64,000 bases of DNA from Eledone cirrhosa (lineage: Eukaryota), in contig OZ024755.1 of the NCBI GenBank assembly GCA_964016885.1, positions 26,784,001-26,848,000 of the forward strand, in the 5' to 3' direction. The notes under the pieces were generated by a model. The model saw nothing but the letters and a program-made list of their open reading frames with translations, had not been told where the DNA came from and ran no database searches. Position numbers and translations under genes: made by a program. Of the stretch, positions 26,599 through 39,445 are shown one piece after another (position 1 is the first letter of the stretch; every line of letters begins with the position of its first letter).

Positions 26599-27156
26599 CA
26601 GTCATAGATTCGATATTATGTGAGATAATTATGTGATGTTTATGGTGAAAATAGAAAGTAAATGTAGATTAATGTAAATGCTAAAGGATTAAGAGAGTGG
26701 AGTGTGCTTTTAAGAAGATTAAACTGCTCTCACTAGCGAGGTGAACGACCATGTATGCGTCCCCCTATTGACTCCGATATGGTGCGCAGTTTGTATAGGG
26801 AGTGACAATCGAAAGGGTTTAAAGTGGTGACAGCGACTGCGGTAATCTGGGTAGCGTTGGTTTTAGCAAAGGGGTTAAAAGGTTGTTAGAGAAGGTGGGG
26901 GAAGAGGATGAGGAGGGAGAGGGGAGGAGAAGGAAAGGGAAAAGTTGGAAAATAAGATGGTGTAGAAATGTAAATTGCTCTCTCAATAACAACAACCACC
27001 TGTCATTATAGTGTAAGTTTTTTTTTTTTTTTTTAAGTCTATGTTGCGTTATTCAGACCTGTCAACTCTGCCCTCTGACGAGGAGTTCTCCTACCCACTT
27101 TGGGGTGGGTGAGAGATGTCCTCTCTTTTGAAAATGGGTATAGCTTTCATTGTGTA

Positions 27157-27345
27157 GGTGGATTGGCAGTATCGGTAGAGGGTCGGACGCCATGCTTTCC
27201 GGCATAGAGTTACGGTCCTTTTCGGTCTGAGTTCAAATCCCGTCGATGTTAACTTTGCCTTTCATCCTTACGGGGTCGATAAAATAAAGTACCAGTAATA
27301 CACTGGGTAATTTGCTGGCCTTGTGCCAAAAGTAGAAACAATTAC
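27157..27345 (+). mobile_element. Meta/MESC-like SINE
   Basis: A box, B box, core and tail. Confidence 0.85.
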
Positions 27346-27354
27346 TCTATTTTA

Positions 27355-27460
27355 TGGACTCCCGTAAGGATGAAAGGCAAAGTTAACCTCGGGATTTGAA
27401 CTCAGATCCTAAAGGGTCGTAACTCTATGGTTGCAAAGCATGGCGTCCGACTCTCTACCT
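27355..27460 (-). mobile_element. Meta/MESC-like SINE fragment, inverted next to the previous copy
   Basis: Reverse complement of about 27172-27275. Confidence 0.8.
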
Positions 27461-27539
27461 TAATAATGAAGTGTGTGTGCGTGCGCGTGCCGGGGCATGA
27501 AATATTAATGCATAGTAAACCTGGTCCTTTTATACCTGA

Positions 27540-27599
<60 letters not shown>

Positions 27600-27605
<6 letters not shown>

Positions 27606-27730
27606 TCTGTCCCAAAGTAAGGAGACTGATGTCTTATTTAAATGTATATTAGGCGAATATGAAATTACAAGTTATTTCCTTCAAAATACGACCTATGGGA
27701 AGTCACACAGTGGTTCCAACGTTTTTCCAT
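27600..27730 (-). mobile_element. Mariner 3' end remnant (second family)
   Basis: TIR-like ACGAGGTCTGTCCCAAAGTA; - strand reads KRWNHCVTSHRSYFEGNNL*, matching the mariner RWxxCVxxxGxYFEG pattern. Confidence 0.65.
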
Positions 27731-27749
27731 TTATCGTAGTAATGCATTA

Positions 27750-28260
27750 GAGAGAAGAGTGACCAGCCTCACTAAAAAAATGGGCTGAAAGATGCTGTTT
27801 CTGAATGGTCCCAGATTTAAGTATATGATGGTGCATTTCTTGTGGAAAGGAGAGGTTCTGCTCATTAGGAGATCTTCCGTCTGCCGTTAACACCTACTCA
27901 GTGGAAATTCTGAGTACACTGAGACTGATGTGGCTGCAAATATATCTGTATTTTTACGATTATTCCACAACACGCCTCTTTGACCGAGCTGCAGTCCTGC
28001 TTCAAGCGTAGAATGAGGATGGGCATTTGACATCTAAAATGTTGCCAGATGGTCACTGCACACTACCAACTGAATAATGGAGCTAGTGAAGATACGACAC
28101 TGATAATCTATAAAGAGTTAGACGAGGGTATGATTGATGATGGCCTGGAAACGATGAGGCCAGCATGAGCAGTCTCTTCTGGATGGCTTTCAGATCTGTT
28201 GTTATGAACATTTTCCAACCATACTTAGCCTAACAGGGCTACAGGAGATCCTTTGCCTAT
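27750..28260 (+). mobile_element. Decayed L1/Tx1-like ORF2 fragment
   Basis: HFLWKGEVLLIRRS resembles the post-RT FLWxG motif; heavily disrupted. Confidence 0.35.
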
Positions 28261-29662
28261 TCAGGACTTGCTCTATATATTATTACCTTTAGAAATATTG
28301 TCTATATTTTTATATTAACATCAGAATAATTCTGAGTTGCAAGTAAATGACAAGCAACATAACACATTATTCAGATTTAGTCGCCTAATCTTTTCAATTT
28401 TTTTTTTTCTCCTTGATATTATTTTTCTCACTTTCTGAAATATATTGTTTAAATAGTTCTAAAAACACACAAACTCTTTTTAATTCACATATCGAAATAT
28501 ATATCGTGGCTTTTAGTTTTATCTTTTATTTTTATCACAGTAGTCGGTGTTTATTAAGATCAGACACAGGGAATAATAGAGAAAGCGAAGTAGTTGATTG
28601 TAGTTCAAAAATAAAAGAGAATATTTTGAAAACTAAAATTCATAAACTGATTGATGTTGTAAGAAATCTCAAAAGAATTTTCATAAACATTGAATAACAA
28701 TTTTGTTGTTGTTGTTGCTGTTTTGGTTTTCCTTTTCCCTTCTTTAATTAAAATAGTTGTCTTTAGCTGAATATTTTTGTGCATTTTACGTCATTCACTG
28801 TGCTACTATGTTATAATTCTTTGTATATGATCTAGATAGTCTGTGTAAATACAACATTTAGCTAATATTAGTATTTTATCTTTACTCGAGATTCTTCATT
28901 TAAGTCGGGTAAAGTTGTATCGAATCTAACCAGAGGGATTTGAACTTTTGTTCCCAAGTTAGCTAAATAAGGTCATTACGACGACACACACTGACTTTTT
29001 GAGGTCATAGATATGTGCTTCCTTTGTTTTGGGACTCATGTCGCCAAATTGTCTGAAGAAATGGTTTTCTAGAAGCCATCTGCTTATCATCATAGGATAA
29101 CGGCATTCTCTTAAATAGTCTGCTCTCGGCTGTCCAATGGCAGTATAAGGCGAGGAACAATTTAATGCAGCCTGAAATAAGTTTTTACAAAATTTCTGGT
29201 GTGTGCTTGAATCCAAGCTGAGGTGATTTGATTCAAGAAAAAGAATCATAGATTTGTTTCATGATAATAATGTTACTATTGGCCGGTCACTGGAAACGAA
29301 ACACTTTCCTTACTACTCTGTGTTAGACCAAAACAACAGGAGGCCGGATTGGTGATATCCCTTTAAAATTGTTTTATTGTTGCAAAAATCCAACAAACAT
29401 TATATATATATATATTTCAATAGCCTGGTTACGTAAGATCCTGGTTTGATCATCGAGTGTGGATTGCATTAGTTAATCAATAAAGGGAATTACAGCAGAA
29501 AACAAACAGAGAATAGAGAAAATATTTGATTCAGATGTATGCATGCATGTCTGCATGAATGCATGTGCAGATATGGATGTTATTGTGTGCGTGGATGTGG
29601 ATGTTTTGAGTTGTATCTGTGTATGTGTATATGCTTAGTATCTGTACATGTGTATATGCAGT

Positions 29663-32085
29663 TATTAGATGCAAAATTTTTGGAATGTTTTACATATTTT
29701 TACTGTTCCATTAATGGATTGTACTAATAATTTCCTAACTAGTTGTGTTCTTTCTGTTCCTGTGAAGCCCAGCTTCCCAAGATTTGTATTGAGACAGTTA
29801 CTAACATATCCCAGTGCCCCAATAATCACAAGCATAAATCTGAAGGTATAATCAGGGTGGAGTATCTGCAGATTTCTCATCAGTTCTGCATAAATATTCT
29901 CCTTTTCGCTAATCTTTGATATTATATTGGCATCTGCTGGGCAGCTAACTTCCACTACTGTGCATGCTTTCTTCTCCCTGTCCCATATCATAATATCTGG
30001 TCTGTTATGCCTGCATTTTATTGGGGTTTTTACTGGAACATTCCACCAGTACTCTTTCATATTATGTATATGTATGTCTTCCACATTGCTGTAGCTTTTA
30101 ATGTGTTTATTATCGGGGCTATATTTTCTACGGATTGCATTGTACAGTGTTTGGGCCACTACATCATGCCTCATAGGTAGATAGTACCGCGATGACACTT
30201 TGGACAGCTGCTTATGACATGGGTGACATCTTCGATGTTAATTCTGCAGAGTCTACACTTGTTATCACATCTAGGTGTTTTGCCTGCATCACTATCTCTT
30301 TTGTGAATCAGGTATTTCGTGTTGATTTCCTGTTCTTGGATTGCAAAAGCGTATCCTTCAAAGTGGGAGCCAATATAGCAGTTGTTGGTCCAATATAGAC
30401 TACATTCTTTATCTATATTACTCTCACTCTGGAACTTCCTGGCAACATATCCATGCATGATTTTTTTTGCTGATAAGCATGCCGTTTTTCATCCATGGAT
30501 TCACTGCGATACTGCTGAGCGACTTCCCTGGGCGTGAGTTTTGGTTATCACAGGGAATATCTCTCGAGGAGTTCCTTCCCAACTCTCATGATCTTATCTG
30601 TTTCATGCAGATAGACTTGCTCGAGAGACGGGTTCCTACGCTTTGAGGTTCGTAGATGTTGTCGGAGGGATATGGTGCGACATTCAAATGCTGTCTGGAC
30701 TGATGTTAGGCCTCTGCCTCCCTGCTTACGTTTCAAGTAAAGGCAGTCTATGTTACTGTTGATGTGGAAGTTTCCGGTATTGTTTTGTATTTTTCGAGTT
30801 CTAACATCAATTGCTCGGATTTCGTCTATGGTCCAATTGAGTATTCCAAACGTTGTGTTAGGACAGGCACTGCAAACACATTGTGAGCCACTGTTTTGTT
30901 TTGCGCAGAGAGTTCCAATGACCATATCTTTCTTAATCGGGTGTAGTATTCCCTGGTTACGCGTTCCTTATTAGAGATACAATTATAGGATATGTTCTCG
31001 TCTATCCCCGGGTATCTGTAGCAGTCCTCATCAGATATCGGTGAAACAGTTAGGCCATTGATGGCAATGTTGCTAGATTGGGTTGTTGTTTTTCCCCGCT
31101 TTACAGTCATATATGAGCATTTATCTTGGCCAAACTCCATTCCTATATCCTTTGAGAACGTTGTAACCAGGTCAAGATTTTTCTTCATCCCATCCATGTT
31201 CTTGGCATAGAATTTCAGATCATCCACAAAGAAATGATGGGTTAGGTTCGTATTTGTGTCCTTCTGTGAGCCAATGATGTATCCTTCACATTTCTTGAGC
31301 AGAAAGGACAAGGAGCTTAATGACAGATTAATAATATCACAGAGAGACTGTCTCTCTGAAATATACCCCTGCGATATTTTATTTTATCAATGAAAATAGA
31401 GTCCTCCTTCTCTGTCTTTAACTTTAGGATAGTAGCCCAAGAAGAAAACAGCTTCTCTATGGCTCTGATAATAATGTCTGGAACTTTAGCAAGTAGGAGG
31501 GCTTCTATCATCAAAGAGTAGGGAACAGAATCGAAAGCTTTCCTGTAGTCCAGCCAGACTGTAGCCATATTCCTCTTAAGTTGTCGCACCTCCGACATCG
31601 CAGTTTTGTTGGTTAGGAATTGTTCAGCACATCCCCAAACCCCTTTCTTTCCAGCTGCTTGTTCATCTGTGATGATGTTATTATTTTCATAGTGATCTTG
31701 GAGGAATAGGTTCAGGCAGGCTGTATACATCTTATACATCGGGTTCTGGCATGTAATGGGTCGGTAGTTTTTTGCCAAGTGAGTGTTTTTGTTCTCGGGG
31801 ACCTGTAATGTTGGTAGAGGTCGGTAAGACACCTCCGATAGAATATCAGTTTTTTTGTACCAGTAGCCGACAATCATGTCTCTTCCTGGTGTTTTCTTAT
31901 CTTGGAGTTTTCCTATCACAGTCTCAAGGGTACCCTCACTTATTTCGTATGTTTTTGTTGTAGTGTAGGAGCAATAGTTCTTTTGGATTTCTTTTAGCCA
32001 CACTGCATCTTGGTTGAAATTCTTCTTTTCACCCCATATTTTTCTCCAAAAGGAATCTATGGCTTTCTGGGATGGGGGCCTCAGT
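29663..32085 (-). mobile_element. R4/Dong-clade non-LTR retrotransposon (RT + CCHC + restriction-like endonuclease), 5' truncated and frameshifted
   Basis: RT motifs NYRPITC, WLDYRKAFDSV, GIFQRDSLS, FVDDLK; RKQGGRGL; CRLC..EDVTHVISSC; RHD..A, HNRPDI, VEVSCP, K...Y; spread over five broken ORFs. Confidence 0.9.
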
Positions 32086-32156
32086 AAGTATGTATGTATG
32101 TATGTATGTATGTATGTATGTATGTATGTATGTATGTATGTATGTATGTATGTTTT

Positions 32157-32612
32157 TTTTCCTTCTCCTAGAATTCTGCCTTGACAAAGGCTAAGGGGTC
32201 ATCTCTCCCGGTGATTTTGGATGGACATTGACTCTTAAGAGGTCCTTTGCCCTCTGATATAACACCTGCAACCCTGATGGTATCCAATGATGTTGACTTG
32301 TTCTTCTTTTTGGTAAATATCATTTTGGTTAAGAGAGTGGGACTGGCTTTGTGCAGTGCCTTTGCTCACTATAAAAGCTTCACGGCACAGGCATTGCTTT
32401 ATATCTGGAGATCTCTCTGCACTTGTCGTCACATGGTGCCATGGGCCCAGCACTATGTGTCAATAATTGTCACAGGTGCAGTGTTTGTACCAGTGTGTTC
32501 ATGTCGCTGGCTGGACTAAAAAGTCACAGTCGTTCAGCACATCGTTAGGGGTTCTCCTACATGGATATAAAGTAGTGGCCGTACTCGAAAACGAGTTGGC
32601 AGCCACCACCAT
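32157..32612 (+). mobile_element. Bipartite RTE-derived element subfamily A, copy 3, with 5' inversion
   Basis: 32157-32253 is the reverse complement of the segment preceding CTCTGATATAAC in copy 2; 32252-32612 is direct. Confidence 0.85.
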
Positions 32613-32974
32613 GTATGTACACACATATATATATATATACGTATACACATACACACACGCACACGTATGTGTGTATATTTATATATATATATATATGACT
32701 CCTATCGTTATGGTCGTAATCTTTCACTTCCATTCGTTAAATGTTTACCTGCGCAGAGAGATGTGTTTCCACTCTTGCACATAAACTTATTGGTTATTTC
32801 CTAAGGCAGTTACGCGTAAATCAACCATATATGAAGGTTAAAATCCCATTGTTCAATACATGCAAGTTCATTATTTATTTCTTTTGTGGAAGAAAGATAA
32901 ATTTTTTTTTTGGGGGGGGGGGGGGTAGTTTCTTCACGAATTTTTAAAAATAAATTTAAAAAAATAACAAATAC

Positions 32975-33155
32975 ATAATTGTTTCTACTATAGACACAAG
33001 GCCAGCAATTACTCAGTAGATTACTGGTACTTTATTTTATCGACCCCGTAAGGATGAAAAGCAAAGTCAACCTCGGCGGGATTTGAACTCAGATCGTAAA
33101 AGGACGTAACTATACTGGAAAGCATGGCGTTCGACACTCTACCGATACTGCCAAT
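32975..33155 (-). mobile_element. Meta/MESC-like SINE
   Basis: A box, B box, core and tail on - strand. Confidence 0.85.
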
Positions 33156-33749
33156 AATGACGTTGTTAAATTATTTTATATTTATTCAATATTTTAATAT
33201 TCTCATTGCATGTGCCTTTCAATATATTAGATATTGTCAGTGCAATTTTTAATTTAAACTTAAAAGATAATTACATCTGAGTAATTATGGAAATCAAATA
33301 AGTTGAGAATAGTAATCAGTTCAAAAGATGTTATTTGCAGTTACCATATAGCTATACATTCTCCCACACACAAGAGTAGAATACTAAAATCGATGGGCCA
33401 ATCAAAATTACTCTTGTGAAAATAAGTATATTCTTCATAATTTTATTCACTTTCACTCTAAAGTGATTCTATTTCTATAACTACACTTCAACTATAAAAA
33501 TCCTTTGAACTAAATACTACTCTCAACTTATCTGATCTCCATAACTACACAAATATAATTCTCTTTTAAGTTTAAATTCAAAAACGGATTAAAAGCTTAT
33601 GAAGGTTTGCTAGGAAATAAAAATTCTTTTCAACTTTTTCTGCCTCAATCATCAAAATACCTCTTTTCCAATAGCAATCAGAGAAAGGAGGGCGGGAAGG
33701 GACAATCTTTCTCTTATGTAAAGATGACAAGTCGATCTATCTGACGTGT

Positions 33750-34188
33750 GATAACAGCCTGGGGTAGATTTTGGAAGCAGATGAGCCTTCTGACGAAAGG
33801 AATGTCCCCCTTCTACGAGAAGCAAATGAACAGTCTTTCCAATTTGATCAGATATTCTTGGAGCCAGGCTTGGTGATCAGACCATAATATATACACCTAA
33901 ATGGTGTATACATCTGTCTAGGTGTAGTTATTTACCAGCTGTTGCAAAAATAGCTTCCTAATTAGCCTATTTCCAGTTAAGTTTGGGCATGGCTCACATC
34001 ACCTCATCGCGTTCCTATGCTCTCCACACTTTTCTTGTCATTGCGGATCGTGATCGTATTGGATAAATTCTCATGGAAGACCAAGTGCCGTTTCTTGGAA
34101 TATGATAGTTTTATTGAATGCATAATGTTGCTTTTCTTGTTCTGTTCTTATTTGGTGGGATTGTCGGTGGATGGCATTGGCCACCTGT
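33750..34188 (-). mobile_element. Decayed L1/Tx1-like ORF2 fragment
   Basis: - strand reads WK*ANRKLFL...YLIKLERLFICFS*KGDIPFVRRLIC. Confidence 0.4.
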
Positions 34189-34830
34189 CATGGAAAAGAG
34201 TAATGAGAAGGAACGGTGATCCCAATCTATATACGAATGGAGAAGCCTTATTAAACTTCTGTTCTAGTAATGGGCTGCCTATTATGAACACTTTCTATTA
34301 TGAACACTGTCTGTTATGAACACTTTCTTCCATAAATTGACATGCGAGCTCTTTAATTTCTCTTATAACCTCAGTCCCCCAGAGAATAGTTATCGCTCCC
34401 AGATGCACCTCATGTATCACGGTTCCTTCCATGAACATGTGTATTAAAGTCTCCCATTAGGATATATGACTCAGTCTTAACTACAACTAACGCTGAAGTG
34501 ACTTCATCAAGGAAGGATATATATTCGAACTCTCTGATTGGCGCATAAACTTGCACCACCCATAGAGACCATTCTACAAGAGGTAAATCCTCCCTCCCAG
34601 TGGGATCCAGTCCATAACATATTCTGATAGTCGGGAGCTTGTGAATATCCCCACTCCCAGTTGTAGAGTCATTTCTGGCATCATACCTGAATAGTGGAGT
34701 TTCCATCCTCCATCCAAATCTACAGTAACTTTGTTGGGGAAACCCCTGGCTTTTCCAGCGCGTCTCCCTTGCCGTCCTCCGGGGAAACGCCTTCTCCATT
34801 CTGTCCGCCGGGGCTGTGGGTGGGCCCCAA
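34189..34830 (-). mobile_element. APE-endonuclease LINE 5' fragment with internal inversion
   Basis: - strand VVQVYAP...ILMGDFNTHV (34410-34560); the expected continuation WKRVM..NG...NGEALLNFC..NGLPIMNTF is on + strand at 34191-34330. Confidence 0.7.
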
Positions 34831-35789
34831 TACATTAGTTAAATTCCATTCTTTCATCTGATACAACACAATAAAGACTAAAGTGTTTAAAAAAAAAAAA
34901 AAAAAACTAACCAGTAGCATCTGACCTCCTCCACTATTTTCTGCTCCTTACCTGTAAAGGTTGTTACGTTCCAGTGACCAACTATCAAAGTCTATTCTAT
35001 TCCGGCCCCTTTCAGGGGTTTCGAGACACGTAACCTTTGTGTGTCCATCCTACTCCCATCAGGTCAGGTTTCTAGCCCATCGTCAGTTTTTGCAGCGTTT
35101 AATGTAGACTGCAATATATTTTTCGAACAGGCCCCTCTACTTAAGACATTGTTATCCCGCAAGAAGGATGATGTGATATCACTGCCTTTATTGTTTCTGA
35201 CCATATTACTGTGTTTTGGTGGTCTAATTCGCGGAATCTCTTACCAAAGAACTACTGAGTATCAAACCTCTGATCATAAAAATGTCTGCATTGCTCTGAT
35301 CGTTTTCTTCATATGCACGCTTCACGTCACACAAGAAAATTACAGGATGGTAAACGCAATGTCACAAAGACAAAGCTCAGGTGTAGTGACAGCTTAAAAG
35401 CTCAGATATAGTGATTACCTAAGAAAGTGCCAATTCTCTCTGAATGATTGAGAATGTCTTGAAAAGAATTGAGGAATTTGGAAAGAGAAAATAGTCGTAT
35501 TTGAACGAACATACAAGCACTCTATTCCACTTTGTCAGCGGCGTGCAGAGCTCTGGTGATGCCTGCGGCAAATCTTGATTGTATGCCCCCAAAGACTCAA
35601 GTATAAGGCCTAATATACTGAGAAATATCATGAGAAAGGAAAACATTTTGAATATATAAACACAGATGAAACATGAAATAAACGCTTATTAGATTTTAAT
35701 ATAAATCAATCAAATTTATTAAGTTCTTTTCCCCAAATGATGCCCACATACAAAGGATGCCCGGGGCCAACGCACGCTACTGTACTTTG

Positions 35790-36050
35790 TAATGCTATAG
35801 AATATGCGTACGATGTGTGTGGAAGAGTTTGTCTCTCACTGGCTTGTCTCAAGACCCATATGCGTAAACATACAAGAGCATTAACCAGCTATAACATCGC
35901 TCTGGCAAATGCAAGTGACCAGCATTGCCCGATTTTCAAAAGCGAATGATGCTCGTTGGCAGGTCTGAAGAGTTATCTTTCGTTCCAACAACTGTAGAGG
36001 TAGATGATAATTATCACAGAGTGGTCCCATTCCTAATCGATGGGATATAT
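35790..36050 (+). mobile_element. Older RTE-type zinc-finger 3' remnant
   Basis: DVCGRVCLSLACLKTHMRKH followed by a second degenerate finger ending SLAGLKSYL. Confidence 0.55.
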
Positions 36051-36464
36051 ACACACAAAGTTCCCAAACATAGTTTTGTTAAAGTTTGAACAAGAAACCG
36101 AATATTACTTATTTGGTCAATAAAGCTTATATACTAATTTATCACAGCTGCTTGTATTCAGACAAAATTAGACGGACTTTTCTTGCAACAATTTTTCCTC
36201 CACAATTTTTGAACATTAAGAAATTAAAATACGTAATTGGTTTATGTATAAAAATAAAGCCAACGTTTTATAAGAAATGCTAGTAAATGAAAATAAGAGC
36301 GTTTAATAAAACTTTTGAAACAGAAATGTGGGAACTAATTTACGTATAAGATATTATAATAGTCGTGACCCTTCTAAGAATTTTTCATAATTTACTTAAA
36401 TCGGAATTAAATAATATGCTTACAGCTATTTTCACGAGTATTACACTGTTTTGCTGACACCATC

Positions 36465-36645
36465 CTTTGTAGCATAGAGTTATGTCCCTTTGCGTTCTGA
36501 GTTCAAATCCCGTCGAGGTTAGCTTTGCCTTTCATCCTTACAGAGTCGATAAAATAAAGCACCAGTAATGCACTGGGGTCATTTAATCGACTTTCCCATT
36601 CCCTTCAAATTGCTTGCCTTGTGCCTAAAGTAGAAACAATTATTC
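36465..36645 (+). mobile_element. Meta/MESC-like SINE
   Basis: B box, core and tail. Confidence 0.85.
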
Positions 36646-37749
36646 TACTACTGTATGATTTTAACGTCAAAAACTAATCAGTTTTTCTATGCGTTCGTTC
36701 GACCTACTAGAAATAGCAGTCAATTTTTCCAAACATTTTACTCTACCGTTTTAAAGGGACAGTACATTATTCAATACAGTCTGCAGATATACAAAATGCC
36801 GACATGCTCATAGCTCATAAGTCTAGTTGATCCACGACTTTATTATAGTTATAACTTCCGTAATGGAATCGACAAAATGCTGGTACTTAACAGAAAATAT
36901 CTTCCATTGGAAATGTTCTTAAACTGAGTATATAGCATAGTTTCTTTTCACATTTAAAGTAATTTTATTTCACTTTAGCTATTATGCTTTGAAAAAGCAT
37001 GAACATCATGAAACCATGTAAACCCGCTGGAAATTAGGTGAATGTTGTTTAACGCCTGGTCAGAATTTATCAGATTGACCATCGCGTTTTTTTTTTAAAA
37101 TATATATTTAATATATATAGGTCTACATTATCTTATATATTATTCTTCGTTTAAGGTAGGGGTCTAGAAAGTGGTCGATGTATTATCTAAGGTGATGAGG
37201 GGGGGGGGGGTGAGAATACCCAGGAGGTTGATTGAACTTTGGGGCCAAAACCTGACATATCTATAAGAAATGAAAATACATCCTCTCTTTTAAAAACGGT
37301 GGAGTATGCTTTGGCTACAATCTCTAGCAGGTCGAGTTACCACAAAGATGTTCTCAGGTTATGTCCACATGTATATATATATTGATTTTTTTTTACAATT
37401 TACAGGGAGATGTATAGTGGATTAGATCAACCTCAAAGTATGATTAGAGTTTATTTTATTGAGACAGGAGGGATGAAAGTTAAAGTCCAGTTAATCTGAG
37501 TTTAGAAGTTCACTTTCTCTTCAGTATTAGCTGCAGGTTGACAAAATTTTGAAAGGCGTGCTAAACCCAAGGACTACAAAAGTTAATACTGATAGAATTA
37601 GCACTCATAATATAAAGGCATGTAATTGTATGTAATTTGTTTTATGTTAAATTATGTAACCGGTGTTATTGGTGAAATGTCACCCGTGTAACGTGTCTAC
37701 ATGAAAATCGTGTTTAAAAAAATATAAAGAAAATATTGTTTGAAATATT

Positions 37750-37974
37750 GGAAATCCCGGACTTCACTCCAAACAACTAATAGGTAATTCTTGCCATCGC
37801 TGGCGGCTCGCTTTACTGAGGTGTCAGGTGATGCCCGTGAAGGTGCCTGGTTGTTTCAACACACTTAGCCTCGCGGTGATGCTGTGAGCGTGTTGGCTTG
37901 CCTCAAAGAATTCCGTTGACTGTTATGGTGTGCGGTCGATTGACGTACTTGGTGGTAAATTGATGCTTGTTTTT
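37750..37974 (+). ncRNA. Candidate structured non-coding RNA (or structured first exon), family unassigned
   Basis: Nested stems with many G-U pairs on + strand; upstream TCACCCGTGTAAC (37680-37692) and TATAAA (37723-37728); first T5 run at 37970-37974. Folding was done by eye. Confidence 0.4.
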
Positions 37975-39445
37975 GTTTGTGTGTTATATTTGTGGGGTTC
38001 TTAGCAATCATTAATTGTATTTATATTTTCATTCTGTAAAAATTATAAACAATTTGTAATAGCTGTGAATAAAATGCTTTGCCTGTAAGTAATCCAATTC
38101 ATTTTGAGTTTTGCTCATGAATTGAAATGTATCTGGTACTATTCAATAAGATTTAGTACAGTTTCTGACATATTAGGAGTTCAGTTAATTTTAGGTTTTA
38201 TGTTTAGGATTAATGGTTTTGCGTTAGGAGTTAGAGTTTAGGATAATCACAATTGAAAAACTGTGGTTGTGTTGGAATTTCTTTGCGTATAAGCATGCTT
38301 AGAAACGAAAATGAACTACTGTTTATTTAAAAAAACTGTTTTGAAAATGTTCCGTTTAGGATTAATATATCATGATCGATCTTTTTTTAAAGCTGTATTA
38401 GTGTCAGATGGTTATGATGTTGGCGGTGGTTCTGAGTTCAAATGACGCCATGATCAACTTTACCTTTCATCCTCTTGGCATGGCTAAAATAAAGTAAAAT
38501 TCAAGTACTGTGGTTGATTTAATCAACTTTGCCCCTCCCCAAATTTGTTGGCTCTGTGTTTAAATTAGACATCTATAATTTCTAAGATAAGCACCAGGCC
38601 GCAATCTTGGAGGGGTGGACAATCAGCTTAAATCAACAATGTACTTGGTACTTATTTTGTTAAACCTAGAAGTATCACAATCATATTTCAACTACCGGTT
38701 TCCATCATCAACCATTATCAATTGTAATAATAACACAGAAATGTGGGACAAAGTGTGTACTTTATTTTATTGACCCCAGAAGGATGAAAGGCAAAGTTGA
38801 TCTTGACAGGATTTAAACTCAGAACAGAGAGAGCTAGAATAAATACCATAAGTCCAGTGCTAGATTTAGGACAAATGAGGCCCTGTGTTAGTTAAGTTAT
38901 GAAGCCCCTTACTTGGGCCCTGAAGGAGGTAAAAAAAATTTGAGTTGGGGGAAAAGAACCCCCCATCCCTAGCCAATGGAGCCCTGTGCTTAAGCATACC
39001 TAAGCACAATGGTAAATCCAGCAATAAATCAATATATCTGACGGCCTCACAAATCTGTCAATTATGATAATAATTATTTTTCAATGGTAGCATTATTCTA
39101 ATTATGTATTTTCGAAAATGTCTTAAGTTCATAATGAGAAAGGGGTGAAAATGTATATGAATATGCCCTTAAGAGAATCAAAATTCAGAATCAAGTGGAA
39201 TGTAATATATTTTTTTATGTGTTGAGGGTTGGGTTCATTTTATTGTGACACAAGTACTGCCACTTTACAATGTGGTGCATTTTATCTTGGTACTGCACAA
39301 CCAATTTATAATGTGGGCTAATAGCATTATTCTAATCCATAATTAGAATAATTGTTTCTACTTTTGGCACAAGGCCATCAATTACTCAGTGCATTACTGG
39401 TACTTTATTCTATCGACCCCGGAAGGATGAAAGGCAAAGTTATCA

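Noticed and set aside
37750-38008. RNase MRP identity (GGAAATCCCGGAC ... TGGGGTTC resembles P4), or 7SK/U3/telomerase RNA
   Set aside because: No GARAR loop or proper CR-V, no GAUC pair, no U3 box A, no CUAACCCU template; left unassigned.
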